DNA of 64,000 bases from an uncultured Clostridia bacterium (GTDB lineage Bacteria; Bacillota; Clostridia; Christensenellales; UBA1242), in the NCBI GenBank assembly GCA_944350265.1, contig CALVOG010000001.1, forward strand, positions 149,470 to 213,469. The letters are read 5' to 3'. The notes beneath the pieces are model-generated. The model ran no database searches, had not been told where the DNA came from, and saw only the letters and a program-made list of their open reading frames with translations. Positions 1-8,057 of the stretch are shown in pieces (the first letter of the stretch is position 1; every line of letters begins with the position of its first letter). A program made the translations under genes and the position numbers.

Positions 1-181
1 TTCCTTCTTATCGAATCTCACTTTTCATTTGCGAATTATTTTTATCGCATTTACCAAATTTTTCATTGCTGTTTTACAAATTTTCTCTAAGCTTTTATAT
101 CGCTCACGTCATTTAACCAAAACTCTCAAATAAATTCTTCTTGCACTCACATTATTAATGCAATAAAGAAAATTCAATCGG

Positions 182-688
182 CTATTTCAACCTTTTCAAA
201 AAACTTACCAGCGCACTCACTACTAATAATAACAAAAACGACAAGCAAATTGCAATAGAAATTGAGAAAGAAATTAAATTTAATTTTTGCAAAAGTTGAA
301 AGATAAGGACGAAAAAGAGCGAATATGCAATAACAAGGTGAAATCTTTGCCCACAAATGATGCAACTTAAAACGCTTGCCGTAACCCACGCAAGGAGGAC
401 ATAAATAGATAAAAACGCTTCCGTCGCCGAAAGAATGCTGACGCCTCCACCCGCTCCTGTCAAAAACAATCCCGCGCCCAAATAAAAAGCGCTGTCAAGC
501 TTAAAGAAGCGACCTTTCAAAATTTCAAAAAGACCGACTAATAGGCAAAAAACATAGAACCAAAGCGTGCGATACTCTTTAAAAAAGATGACGTTAAGCG
601 CGATAAAAACAAAATAAATTATAAGAAAAAGAAGAAGCATTGCGCTTAGTATTTTCGACTTCTTAATTCCATAAATTCGTCCTCTCAT
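182..688 (-). CDS. hypothetical multi-pass membrane protein (168 aa)
   Basis: Uninterrupted ORF with several hydrophobic helices (LLLFLIIYFVFIALNVIFF, FYVFCLLVGLF, LFLTGAGGGVSIL). No family recognised. Confidence 0.45.
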   Translation of the reverse strand: MRGRIYGIKKSKILSAMLLLFLIIYFVFIALNVIFFKEYRTLWFYVFCLLVGLFEILKGRFFKLDSAFYLGAGLFLTGAGGGVSILSATEAFLSIYVLLAWVTASVLSCIICGQRFHLVIAYSLFFVLIFQLLQKLNLISFSISIAICLSFLLLLVVSALVSFLKRLK

Positions 689-892
689 AAAAAAAGTTTG
701 CGAATAATTTTACATTATATTCATTTAGCACCGTGACACTACCACGTTTTTGTATCTTACGCAACGAACCTTACAAACTCAAAATGTTGAAATTGTTTAT
801 TGCATACTACACCATATGTTGTGGTGGTATGCAAAATTTTTGTCTTTTTTAATAATTTTTTTGAAGATTTTGTAAATTTTTTTGAAAAACGT

Positions 893-921
893 TTGCAAAT
901 TTTTTAACAGTGTGCTATAAT
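893..921 (+). promoter_or_regulatory. sigma-A type promoter of the Rho-like gene
   Basis: TTGCAA (893-898), 17-nt spacer, extended -10 TGcTATAAT (913-921). AAAGGAG RBS and ATG at 945 follow. Confidence 0.5.
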
Positions 922-944
922 CAAAATGTATAAAGGAGAAAAAT

Positions 945-2102
945 ATGAAAACAATTAATTTTGAAGGGCTTACCCCTCCACAACAAAGATGCTTAACAGT
1001 CATTCAATCTGTTGGTATCTATGAACTTCGTGCGCTTGCAAGAGTTTTTGGCGAATCATCACCAACCACTCTTAGACGTAACGAGCAAATTGAATACATT
1101 ATGAATGTCATTATCTCTGGCAAGGACCTTAAACCTATCCCTCTTCGCCAAGGTAGACCTTACAAGGAACTCAGCAACATTGAGCCAATTTTGGAAGAAC
1201 TTTCCGAAATCACTGGCAAGGATTACACCTTGAAGAAGAACCAAGAGAAAGCAAAATCTTACGGCAAAATTTTCAACTTTAAGCAAATCGAGCAAAAAAC
1301 GGTGGAGCAAAAACTTTTCCCAATCACTGTTAAGGGTATCGTTATGGCTAACCCTGACAAGACCCTCTATGTTTTGGGCGAAAATTCCATTCCTGTGCTT
1401 GTGAAGAATTTTGACAAAGTGCGCCCGTTTGACTATATCGTTGGAACGGCAGTTGTTATGAACGAAAGCAAGGAATACATACTCGACGTTATCGACACAA
1501 TCAACTTCGTTAACTACTTAAGTTACGAGCCAAAAAATGTCACCTTCACAAAATCTCTCCCTTCTCAAGGTGTGAAGGTTGGAAAGAGCGAAATCAAACT
1601 TGGCGGAAGATATGTGCTTAACCAGTCAAAACTCACCGAAAGCGCAATCAAAACCCTTCTTACGACCCTCAAAAAGAACAAGGTAATCTCCATCGCCCTT
1701 GCAAGTAATGTTATGTATGAGGACAGCGTGGCGCTTTCAAATATGGGATTTGACAACATCTTTATGCTTAAGTATGATGACGAGCCAAGCGCGTATGACG
1801 ACAAGGTGAATTTGCTCATAGAAAGTGTTAAGCGCTTGCAAGCGGTTGGTTTAAATGTTGCAGTTTTTGTGCACGATGTTGTGACAATCGCCCAAACACT
1901 TGACGCTTTCAACAAAAACTCGCCAAAATCTTACTATAACCACGCTGATGAAACAACAACTCAAATAAAGGAAATTGTTATGCTTGCAACGAGCAATGTT
2001 GAAAACAGCACCACCCTCTTCGTCACAAATGAGGACGGCGATTCAAGCGACCCGCTTTATGCCACTTGCATTGCAAAAGTTTCGACAAAAATTTCTCTTT
2101 AA
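945..2102 (+). CDS. Rho-like protein with degenerate ATPase motifs (385 aa)
   Basis: By-eye alignment to E. coli Rho. Rho_N-like IYELRALARVFG..RRNEQIEYIMNVI. OB-fold-like VKGIVMANPDKTLYVLGEN..RPFDYIVGTAVV. LGGRYVLNQSKLTES sits where Rho has GQRGLIVAPPKAGKT, so the P-loop is lost. KYDDEPSAY matches TFDEPASRH. VAVFVHDVVTIAQTLD matches VIILLDSITRLARAYN. The last ~80 aa of Rho are absent. Confidence 0.5.
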   Translation: MKTINFEGLTPPQQRCLTVIQSVGIYELRALARVFGESSPTTLRRNEQIEYIMNVIISGKDLKPIPLRQGRPYKELSNIEPILEELSEITGKDYTLKKNQEKAKSYGKIFNFKQIEQKTVEQKLFPITVKGIVMANPDKTLYVLGENSIPVLVKNFDKVRPFDYIVGTAVVMNESKEYILDVIDTINFVNYLSYEPKNVTFTKSLPSQGVKVGKSEIKLGGRYVLNQSKLTESAIKTLLTTLKKNKVISIALASNVMYEDSVALSNMGFDNIFMLKYDDEPSAYDDKVNLLIESVKRLQAVGLNVAVFVHDVVTIAQTLDAFNKNSPKSYYNHADETTTQIKEIVMLATSNVENSTTLFVTNEDGDSSDPLYATCIAKVSTKISL

Positions 2103-2127
2103 TTCCACCTTATTGCATAAAATATTA

Positions 2128-2159
2128 AAGCACGCCCAAGTAGGTGTGCTTTTTTATTT
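2128..2159 (+). terminator. rho-independent terminator
   Basis: AAGCACGCC-caagta-GGTGTGCTT stem (9 bp, one G:T) followed by TTTTTATTT, 26 nt after the stop at 2102. Confidence 0.6.
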
Positions 2160-2187
2160 GACTTAAATGGTGTTTTTCTCTATAATT

Positions 2188-2274
2188 AAAGAAGATTTAT
2201 ATTAAGTTTTAATATGAAAGAAGATTTATATTAAGTTTTAATATGAAAGAAGATTTATATTAAGTTTTAATATG
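2188..2274. repeat. 3 perfect tandem copies of a 29-bp unit upstream of lgt
   Basis: aaagaagatttatattaagttttaatatg at 2188-2216, 2217-2245 and 2246-2274, all identical. Confidence 0.95.
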
Positions 2275-2294
2275 AACGCAAATGTAGGTGAATT

Positions 2295-3134
2295 ATGAAC
2301 TTAATGACTAACGGATTTTATCTTTTCGGTCTACCCATCCATTACTATGGCTTAATAAGCGCCCTCGGCTATCTCACTGGTGTTGTGGTTGTTTGTCTTT
2401 ATGCCAAAAAAAGAGGTTTTAACGCTGACGACATCATAACGCTTGCTTGCTTTGTTATTCCACTTGCGATTGTTGGCGCGCGAATTTATTACGTCCTCTT
2501 CTCGCTCGACGAATTTTCTAACTTTTGGGATGTCTTCAAAATTTGGGAAGGCGGGCTTGGCTTCTATGGCGGACTTATCGGCGGAGCGCTTGGCGTTGTT
2601 ATCTACTGCGCAATCTTTAAGAAAAATTTTCTCAAACTCGCCGACCTCGCCGTGACAGGGCTTATCATCGGGCAAGGAATTGGACGATGGGGCAATTTTG
2701 TCAACCAAGAAGCGTTCGGCTATTATGTCGACAACCCGAATTTGCAGTGGTTTCCTTTTGCGGTGTATATCGACAGTTGTCACCAAGCGGGTTGCGCTTG
2801 CCCTGGGCACGGCTGGCACCTTGCCACATTTTTCTATGAATTTATGAACAACCTTGTCATTTTCATCGTTTTAAGCATACTTCTTTTCAAAGTTAGGTTT
2901 AGGTGCGACGGAATGCTCGCCTCCTGCTACCTCATTATGTATGGCGCCTGCCGTTTTGTGGTTGAGGGACTTCGAATGGACAGCCTCCGCTTTGGACCTT
3001 TTAGGGTGTCACAACTTGTCAGCATCGCCCTCATAATTTGCGGAATTGTTTACATTGTCGTCTGCCTTGCTTGCGTAAAAAAGAAGCGGACGCCCGACGA
3101 AATCATTATGCACGTTCTTAAAACCGACCCATAA
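2295..3134 (+). CDS. lgt: prolipoprotein diacylglyceryl transferase
   Basis: AGGTGA RBS. Lgt signature GQGIGRWGNFVNQEAFG, GLGFYGGLIGG, multi-TM protein of 279 aa. Confidence 0.9.
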   Translation: MNLMTNGFYLFGLPIHYYGLISALGYLTGVVVVCLYAKKRGFNADDIITLACFVIPLAIVGARIYYVLFSLDEFSNFWDVFKIWEGGLGFYGGLIGGALGVVIYCAIFKKNFLKLADLAVTGLIIGQGIGRWGNFVNQEAFGYYVDNPNLQWFPFAVYIDSCHQAGCACPGHGWHLATFFYEFMNNLVIFIVLSILLFKVRFRCDGMLASCYLIMYGACRFVVEGLRMDSLRFGPFRVSQLVSIALIICGIVYIVVCLACVKKKRTPDEIIMHVLKTDP

Positions 3135-3366
3135 ATTAATTTGAATCTGTTAAATGTTTAATAACCAGCCACAAATCTATGTGTTCAGTAACTAACTGCA
3201 AACGTTACCGACTAAATGCTCTTTAATCTACCTATAAACGTTAAAACCAACTAATAATCAAACTAATTATTATAATAATCGACTAAATTTTAAATGCTGA
3301 CTAATCTTCTAATAACGAATCATAAATTGATTTAGAATAGAGAAATTATTAAAAATTGGAGGAATT

Positions 3367-4098
3367 ATGAAAAAAACTGTGATTATAACCGGCGCTTCTG
3401 GCGATATTGGCAAGGCGCTGGCGGAAAAATTTGCAAAACTTAACTACAACCTCGCGCTATGTTCAAACGCACGCAATGTTGAATATGACGACGAGTTGAA
3501 GGAAAAATACAAAATCGACATCAAAAACTACAAAATGGATATCGCCGATTTTCAGCAGGTGGAAAGTGTTTTTTCTAAGATTTTTGCCGACTTTGACGCT
3601 GTCACCGCGTTAGTGGCAAATGCTGGAATAAGCGAAAAGCGAAAACTGATAATCGACGTCACAAATGAGGAAATTAACCAACTTGTGGATGTAAATCTCA
3701 AAGGCTCAATCGTTTGCGCGCGTGAATTTATCAAGCGCAATATGGATAACGGCGGAAAGATTGTTTTCGTCGGGTCTTTTGTTGCAAACTATGGCTGTGC
3801 GTGCGAAAGTGTTTACAGCGCAAGCAAGGCTGGGCTTGTTGGCTACACAAAGGCGCTTGCCAACGAACTTGGCAACTTTGATTTCACTGTGAATATTGTG
3901 AACCCCGGCTTTATCGACACAAAAATGAACAATAATCTCTCCACTGCCGAAAAGGTGGACATTGAGGATATGACGCCTCTCGCCCGCCTCGGTGAAGCGG
4001 AAGATGTGGCAAATGCAGTCGCCTTTCTTGTGGAGGACTCGGGCAATTTCATAACAGGGCAATCGATAAATGTTGACGGCGGATACATACCTCTCTAA
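3367..4098 (+). CDS. short-chain dehydrogenase/reductase (FabG-like oxidoreductase)
   Basis: GGAGG RBS. TGASGDIGKA (TGxxxGxG), NAG, YSASK (YxxxK), PGFIDT. 243 aa. Confidence 0.85.
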   Translation: MKKTVIITGASGDIGKALAEKFAKLNYNLALCSNARNVEYDDELKEKYKIDIKNYKMDIADFQQVESVFSKIFADFDAVTALVANAGISEKRKLIIDVTNEEINQLVDVNLKGSIVCAREFIKRNMDNGGKIVFVGSFVANYGCACESVYSASKAGLVGYTKALANELGNFDFTVNIVNPGFIDTKMNNNLSTAEKVDIEDMTPLARLGEAEDVANAVAFLVEDSGNFITGQSINVDGGYIPL

Positions 4099-4168
4099 AT
4101 TTAGCGCGCTTTTTAGTCCAAATCACATTTCATATTCAATACTAAACATAACAGGAAACACAATTAAT

Positions 4169-4574
4169 AAGTGGTAGTTTTATAATTTTTGTAAGCTGTT
4201 CTACGACCATTCTTCGCTGGCGACGCTATCGCTCCTTGCTCAGAATGACATTTAAGTGTATTTCCTTCGGTATGCGCTTTATTATAACCACACTGTGCCG
4301 TTTTTGATGTTGTATTCTTCCATCGTTTAGCGCGCTATAATGCTTTTACCGTTAGACAAGGCAGTTGTTTGTCATTCTGAGGCAACGCCGAAGAATCTCG
4401 TCGTAGCACAACCCGCGAATGTCTATTTTATCCACTTTTCATATGTTTAATCCATACTCTATTTCGTCAGCAAAACACGGCTAAGCCCAAAACTCCCCAA
4501 ACATCCAAGCGCGCTTGGTCATTCTGAGCGAAGCGAAGAATCTCGTCGTAGCACCCGCCCGCGAATGTCTTAAC
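4169..4574. repeat. mosaic intergenic repeat cluster L1 (B-rev 4169-4256, Y-like spacer, W+X+Z 4330-4436, palindromic box 4505-4518, X+Z 4518-4572)
   Basis: X core gtcattctgag..gaagaatctcgtcgtag at 4371 and 4518 (forward) and its B variant at 4201-4250 (reverse). Z box gcccgcgaatgtcta is present. The locus lies between convergent genes. Confidence 0.9.
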
Positions 4575-4663
4575 CATCCCCTTTGCCCAAGTGCAACTAA
4601 TCTACACTCAAAAATGCTTAGCGCTAAATGAGCGTTAAGCATTTTATGTTAAAGTTTTAAGCA

Positions 4664-5119
4664 TCAAAACAAGCCGATAATGTAATAAATAAGCCCAACA
4701 AGCGCGCTCGACAACACCCCGAACACGATAACAGGTCCCGCTATGGTGAACATTTTAACGCAAATGCCGTAAATTATCCCCTCATCTTTATACTCCACCG
4801 ACGGGCTTGTGATGGAATTTGAAAAACCCGTGATTGGCACAATCGTTCCGCCACCTGCAAACTTGCCGATTTTGTCGTATACCCCGATGCCTGTGAGGAA
4901 GGATGCGATGAAGATGAGAACGATTAAAGTGTATGCCCACGCCGTCGACTGTGAGACATTAGGAAAAAGATATAGGATAAGGTCGTTAATTCCCTGTCCC
5001 AAAACGCAAATCAAACCGCCCACCCAAAAGGAGTTAAAAAGGGTCGGCCACGGACGTGTTTTGGGTATTTTTGCATTGACATATTTGTTATACGCCTTGT
5101 TTCTTTCCTTGATTTCCAT
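4664..5119 (-). CDS. spoVAC: stage V sporulation protein AC (SpoVAC/SpoVAEb family)
   Basis: Strong by-eye match to B. subtilis SpoVAC: FWVGGLICVLGQ, LTGIGVYDKIGKFAGGGTIVPITGFSNS, AGPVIVFGV. Start moved to MEIKERN (5119), which has a GAGGT RBS. The track ORF extends to 5227 through a tandem repeat. Confidence 0.8.
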   Translation of the reverse strand: MEIKERNKAYNKYVNAKIPKTRPWPTLFNSFWVGGLICVLGQGINDLILYLFPNVSQSTAWAYTLIVLIFIASFLTGIGVYDKIGKFAGGGTIVPITGFSNSITSPSVEYKDEGIIYGICVKMFTIAGPVIVFGVLSSALVGLIYYIIGLF

Positions 5120-5159
5120 ATTAACCTCATAATAAGTTTTGCCAAACATAAAAAACTTA

Positions 5160-5362
5160 AACCAAATCTCATAATAATTGTCGAAAATAAAAAACATAAA
5201 TCTAATTAACTTATAATGGATTGCCAAGCGTTAACCAAATCTCATAATAATTGTCGAAAATAAAAAACATAAATCTAATTAACTTATAACGGATTGCCAA
5301 GCGTTAACCAAATCTCGTAATAATTGTCGAAAATAAAAAACATAAATCTAATTAACTTATAA
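5160..5362. repeat. 73-bp tandem repeat, about 2.8 copies
   Basis: aaccaaatctcataataattgtcgaaaataaaaaacataaatctaattaacttataatggattgccaagcgtt starts at 5160, 5233 and 5306, with 1-2 mismatches per copy. Flanked by a ~45-bp direct repeat (5121-5167 and 5412-5458). Confidence 0.9.
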
Positions 5363-5508
5363 TAAGTTTTTCAGCGTATTAAGTTGCTGAGCGTAAATAA
5401 TTTAAAATAAATTAACCTCAAATAAGTTTTTCCAAATATTAAAAACTTAAACCAAAAAAGAATAAACTGCCAATAATAACACAAACTAGAGTTATACTTG
5501 GAGGGAAT

Positions 5509-7227
5509 ATGAAAAATAAAGTAGTTTTAGGTGCGATTGTTTTGCTTCTTTGCGTCACCACTCTGGGCTGTAACAACTCATCAAACGCAATGATTAAAAC
5601 CAATCTGTCAAGCCAACTCGACAAAACCAACAACTCAATCGCAACTGTGAAAAGCGTGAGCGCAAGCGACGTGGAACTAAACAACAAAACCCAGATAACG
5701 GACGAAAGGAAGAGCGCAAATTTTCAAAACACCCTTGTCCGCGCGCAAAATTCTCTTGAGGCGGAAAGATATTTGAAGAGCGAAATTCAGCACAAAACTG
5801 CGTTTATCAAAAAGTATTTACAAAAAGAGGACTTAAAATTAAAGCGAACCGAATTGAACGCGCTTAAAGACCTCACCGCCACCCTCTCCGCATATAACGA
5901 CAATGTTGCGCGTTCGAGCAACGAGTTCAACTCAACCTATCGTAACTATAACACGATGAAAAAAGGTGCGTTTAAGAACATTGACCGCGTGAACGCAAAA
6001 CTAAATAAAATTGCTTCAAATTCGAATGCGCGCTGTGCCTATTACATCAACATACTAAGCACCCTCGACGAAATGGAAGGCATTTTGGGCATAGATGAGG
6101 AATATCTTAGCGACCTTAAAGAAAACTTTGAATTAAACAGTAAGCAGTTTGAAACCGAGGAGAAAAGCGAAGATTTTGAAATAAAAAATGGAAATGATTT
6201 GAATGGCAATGATGAAGATAAAAATAACGAAATCAAAAATAACGAAATGGAAGAAAATGAGAATGGTGTTAACAGCAAAATAGCAAATGGTGATAGGAAT
6301 GAGATTAACGAAATTGAAAATAACAAAGATAATAAAGTTGAAAATATTGAAAATGACAGAATTGAAAATATCAATAATGATAGAATTAAGAATAAAGGGA
6401 ATGATAAAATCAAAAATGATAAAAATAGCAAATTAGAAAATAATGAAAAAGATAACAAAATTGGTGATAAGAACAAAGTTGGAACTGACACGAATGGTAA
6501 GAATATTGATACAAACCTAAATAACAAAAAAATTAAAGATACGGAAATAAAGGAGAAAAATAATATTGCTGAAAATGAAATTGCAAGCAACAATAGCGAA
6601 TTTAAAAGCGATAAGAGAAGCGAAAGTAAATTTGATAAGATTAATAAGAACGATAATGTGATTGAAGATTCAATAGGCGAGAATGTCAACGTGATTGATA
6701 AAGTTAGCAATAGAAAAGAAAAGAAGAATTTTGAGAAAAACAAGAGCGCTGGCAAGATTGATAATGGCAAAAGTGGAAAATGGAAAAAGAATATCGACAC
6801 CTATCGCCCGCAGGAGGAAACAACCGAGGAGTTGGTTTATGAAACGCCATATAACACCGACACCTACGCCCCTCTAAGAAAAAACATCGACACCTACCGC
6901 CCATACAACAATGGCGCGATTGCTGGACGATATGGATATTATAATAGACCATATGGTTACCCGCCGTATAATGGAAACTACGCGCCGTATAACGGAAACT
7001 ATATGCCATATGGTGCCTACAGCACGCCTTATGGTGGATACAATTCCAACAATATCAACCGCCTAACCACCCCAATTTACGCCAGCACGCAAAACATAGA
7101 GGATGAAAATAAGGGTGAAAATTTGGAAAACAAAACAGAAGAAGCCAAAAGTGTGATGGCGAACCTATCGAGTGACGATGAGGACCGCGTTGTTAAGCAA
7201 AATTGCCGTGGCATTGTCACATTTTAA
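5509..7227 (+). CDS. lipoprotein with N/K/D/E-rich low-complexity core and Tyr/Asn/Gly/Pro-rich C-terminal region (572 aa)
   Basis: GGAGGG RBS. Signal peptide plus lipobox LLLCVTTLGC. Central ENIENDRIENINNDRIKNKGNDKIKND-type degenerate repeats. KNIDTYRP occurs twice and PYNGNYAPYNGNYMPYGAY is present. Confidence 0.7.
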   Translation: MKNKVVLGAIVLLLCVTTLGCNNSSNAMIKTNLSSQLDKTNNSIATVKSVSASDVELNNKTQITDERKSANFQNTLVRAQNSLEAERYLKSEIQHKTAFIKKYLQKEDLKLKRTELNALKDLTATLSAYNDNVARSSNEFNSTYRNYNTMKKGAFKNIDRVNAKLNKIASNSNARCAYYINILSTLDEMEGILGIDEEYLSDLKENFELNSKQFETEEKSEDFEIKNGNDLNGNDEDKNNEIKNNEMEENENGVNSKIANGDRNEINEIENNKDNKVENIENDRIENINNDRIKNKGNDKIKNDKNSKLENNEKDNKIGDKNKVGTDTNGKNIDTNLNNKKIKDTEIKEKNNIAENEIASNNSEFKSDKRSESKFDKINKNDNVIEDSIGENVNVIDKVSNRKEKKNFEKNKSAGKIDNGKSGKWKKNIDTYRPQEETTEELVYETPYNTDTYAPLRKNIDTYRPYNNGAIAGRYGYYNRPYGYPPYNGNYAPYNGNYMPYGAYSTPYGGYNSNNINRLTTPIYASTQNIEDENKGENLENKTEEAKSVMANLSSDDEDRVVKQNCRGIVTF

Positions 7228-7334
7228 CGTTTGCGTTGTTCAATCATAATTAGGGCTATTGGTAAGAGGTTAAGTAAACACAAAAAATATGCTTGACAAA
7301 GCCAGTTGATTTTAACCAGCATAAAAAATAAAAA

Positions 7335-7369
7335 GGAGTTCTACTTTTTAGCAGTAAAACTCTTTTTTT
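7335..7369. terminator. bidirectional rho-independent terminator between convergent genes
   Basis: GGAGTTcTAC-tttttagca-GTAaAACTC with an A-run before and TTTTTTT after. The same hairpin recurs at 58086-58118. Confidence 0.6.
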
Positions 7370-7428
7370 CAAAATTGCTTAAACATCAATTTTTTATCAA
7401 ATGCTTTTGATTTTTTTAGCCAAAAGTT

Positions 7429-8004
7429 TTAAAATTGAACTTTTGGAGCAACCTTTTCTTGCTCAGCAATCTCAAAAAGGTCTCTCTTTTCAAACTTAAA
7501 CCACTTTGCAATCATATTGGTTGGAAAAGATTCTCTTTTAATATTATAAGTTTTCACGCAACCATTATAATATTTCCTCGAAACAGAGATTTCCTCTTCC
7601 AAAGTTTTCAAAGTTTGTTGCAAGTCCAAAAAGTTTTGATTTGCTTGTAATTGAGGATAGTTTTCAGTGACAGCGAACAGCGATTTCAATGTGTTTGTAA
7701 GCACATTTTCGCTCTCCGCCCTTTCAGCGGTTGTTGACGCATTCATACAAGAATAGCGCGCCTGCATAACGCCCTCGAGAGTTGCCTCTTCGTGTTTTGC
7801 GTAACCCTTAACGGTTTCCACGAGATTAGGGATGAGGTCGTATCTTTTTTTCATATAAACGTCCATAGTGGAATACGACTCATCAACGTTATTACGAAGG
7901 CGCACGAAAGCGTTATATTGCACCCAAACCCAAACGCCGAAGATAACACCGACTAAAACAACCAAGCCCAAAATAACAAGCACAACGATAAGTCCAATGC
8001 TCAT
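7429..8004 (-). CDS. lemA: LemA family membrane protein
   Basis: N-terminal TM segment then LemA-type sequence (YNAFVRLRN.VDE..S..DV..KRRYDLIPNLVETVKGYA.HE..T...V..AR). 191 aa. Confidence 0.8.
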   Translation of the reverse strand: MSIGLIVVLVILGLVVLVGVIFGVWVWVQYNAFVRLRNNVDESYSTMDVYMKKRYDLIPNLVETVKGYAKHEEATLEGVMQARYSCMNASTTAERAESENVLTNTLKSLFAVTENYPQLQANQNFLDLQQTLKTLEEEISVSRKYYNGCVKTYNIKRESFPTNMIAKWFKFEKRDLFEIAEQEKVAPKVQF

Positions 8005-8057
8005 AATCTCCCTCCTAGAATAATTATATCATAAACAAACACAAAAATGAAACTAAA

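Noticed and set aside
2214-2263. The MKEDLY mini-ORFs as a leader-peptide attenuator for lgt
   Set aside because: There is no RBS upstream of the mini-ORF ATGs, no terminator/antiterminator alternative, and no rationale linking the codons to Lgt. I kept it only as a low-interest observation.
3135-3366. Loose recurrence of actaa/gactaaat motifs upstream of the SDR gene
   Set aside because: It is too degenerate and irregular to call a repeat. It is consistent with AT-rich low-complexity spacer.
6042-6800. Long antisense ORFs inside real genes (6042-6800, 17032-17742, 24190-24738, 43787-44383 and 41751-42077)
   Set aside because: They lie opposite well-supported genes, have low-complexity Ser/Leu/Phe-rich translations and no RBS. 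This is typical shadow-ORF behaviour.
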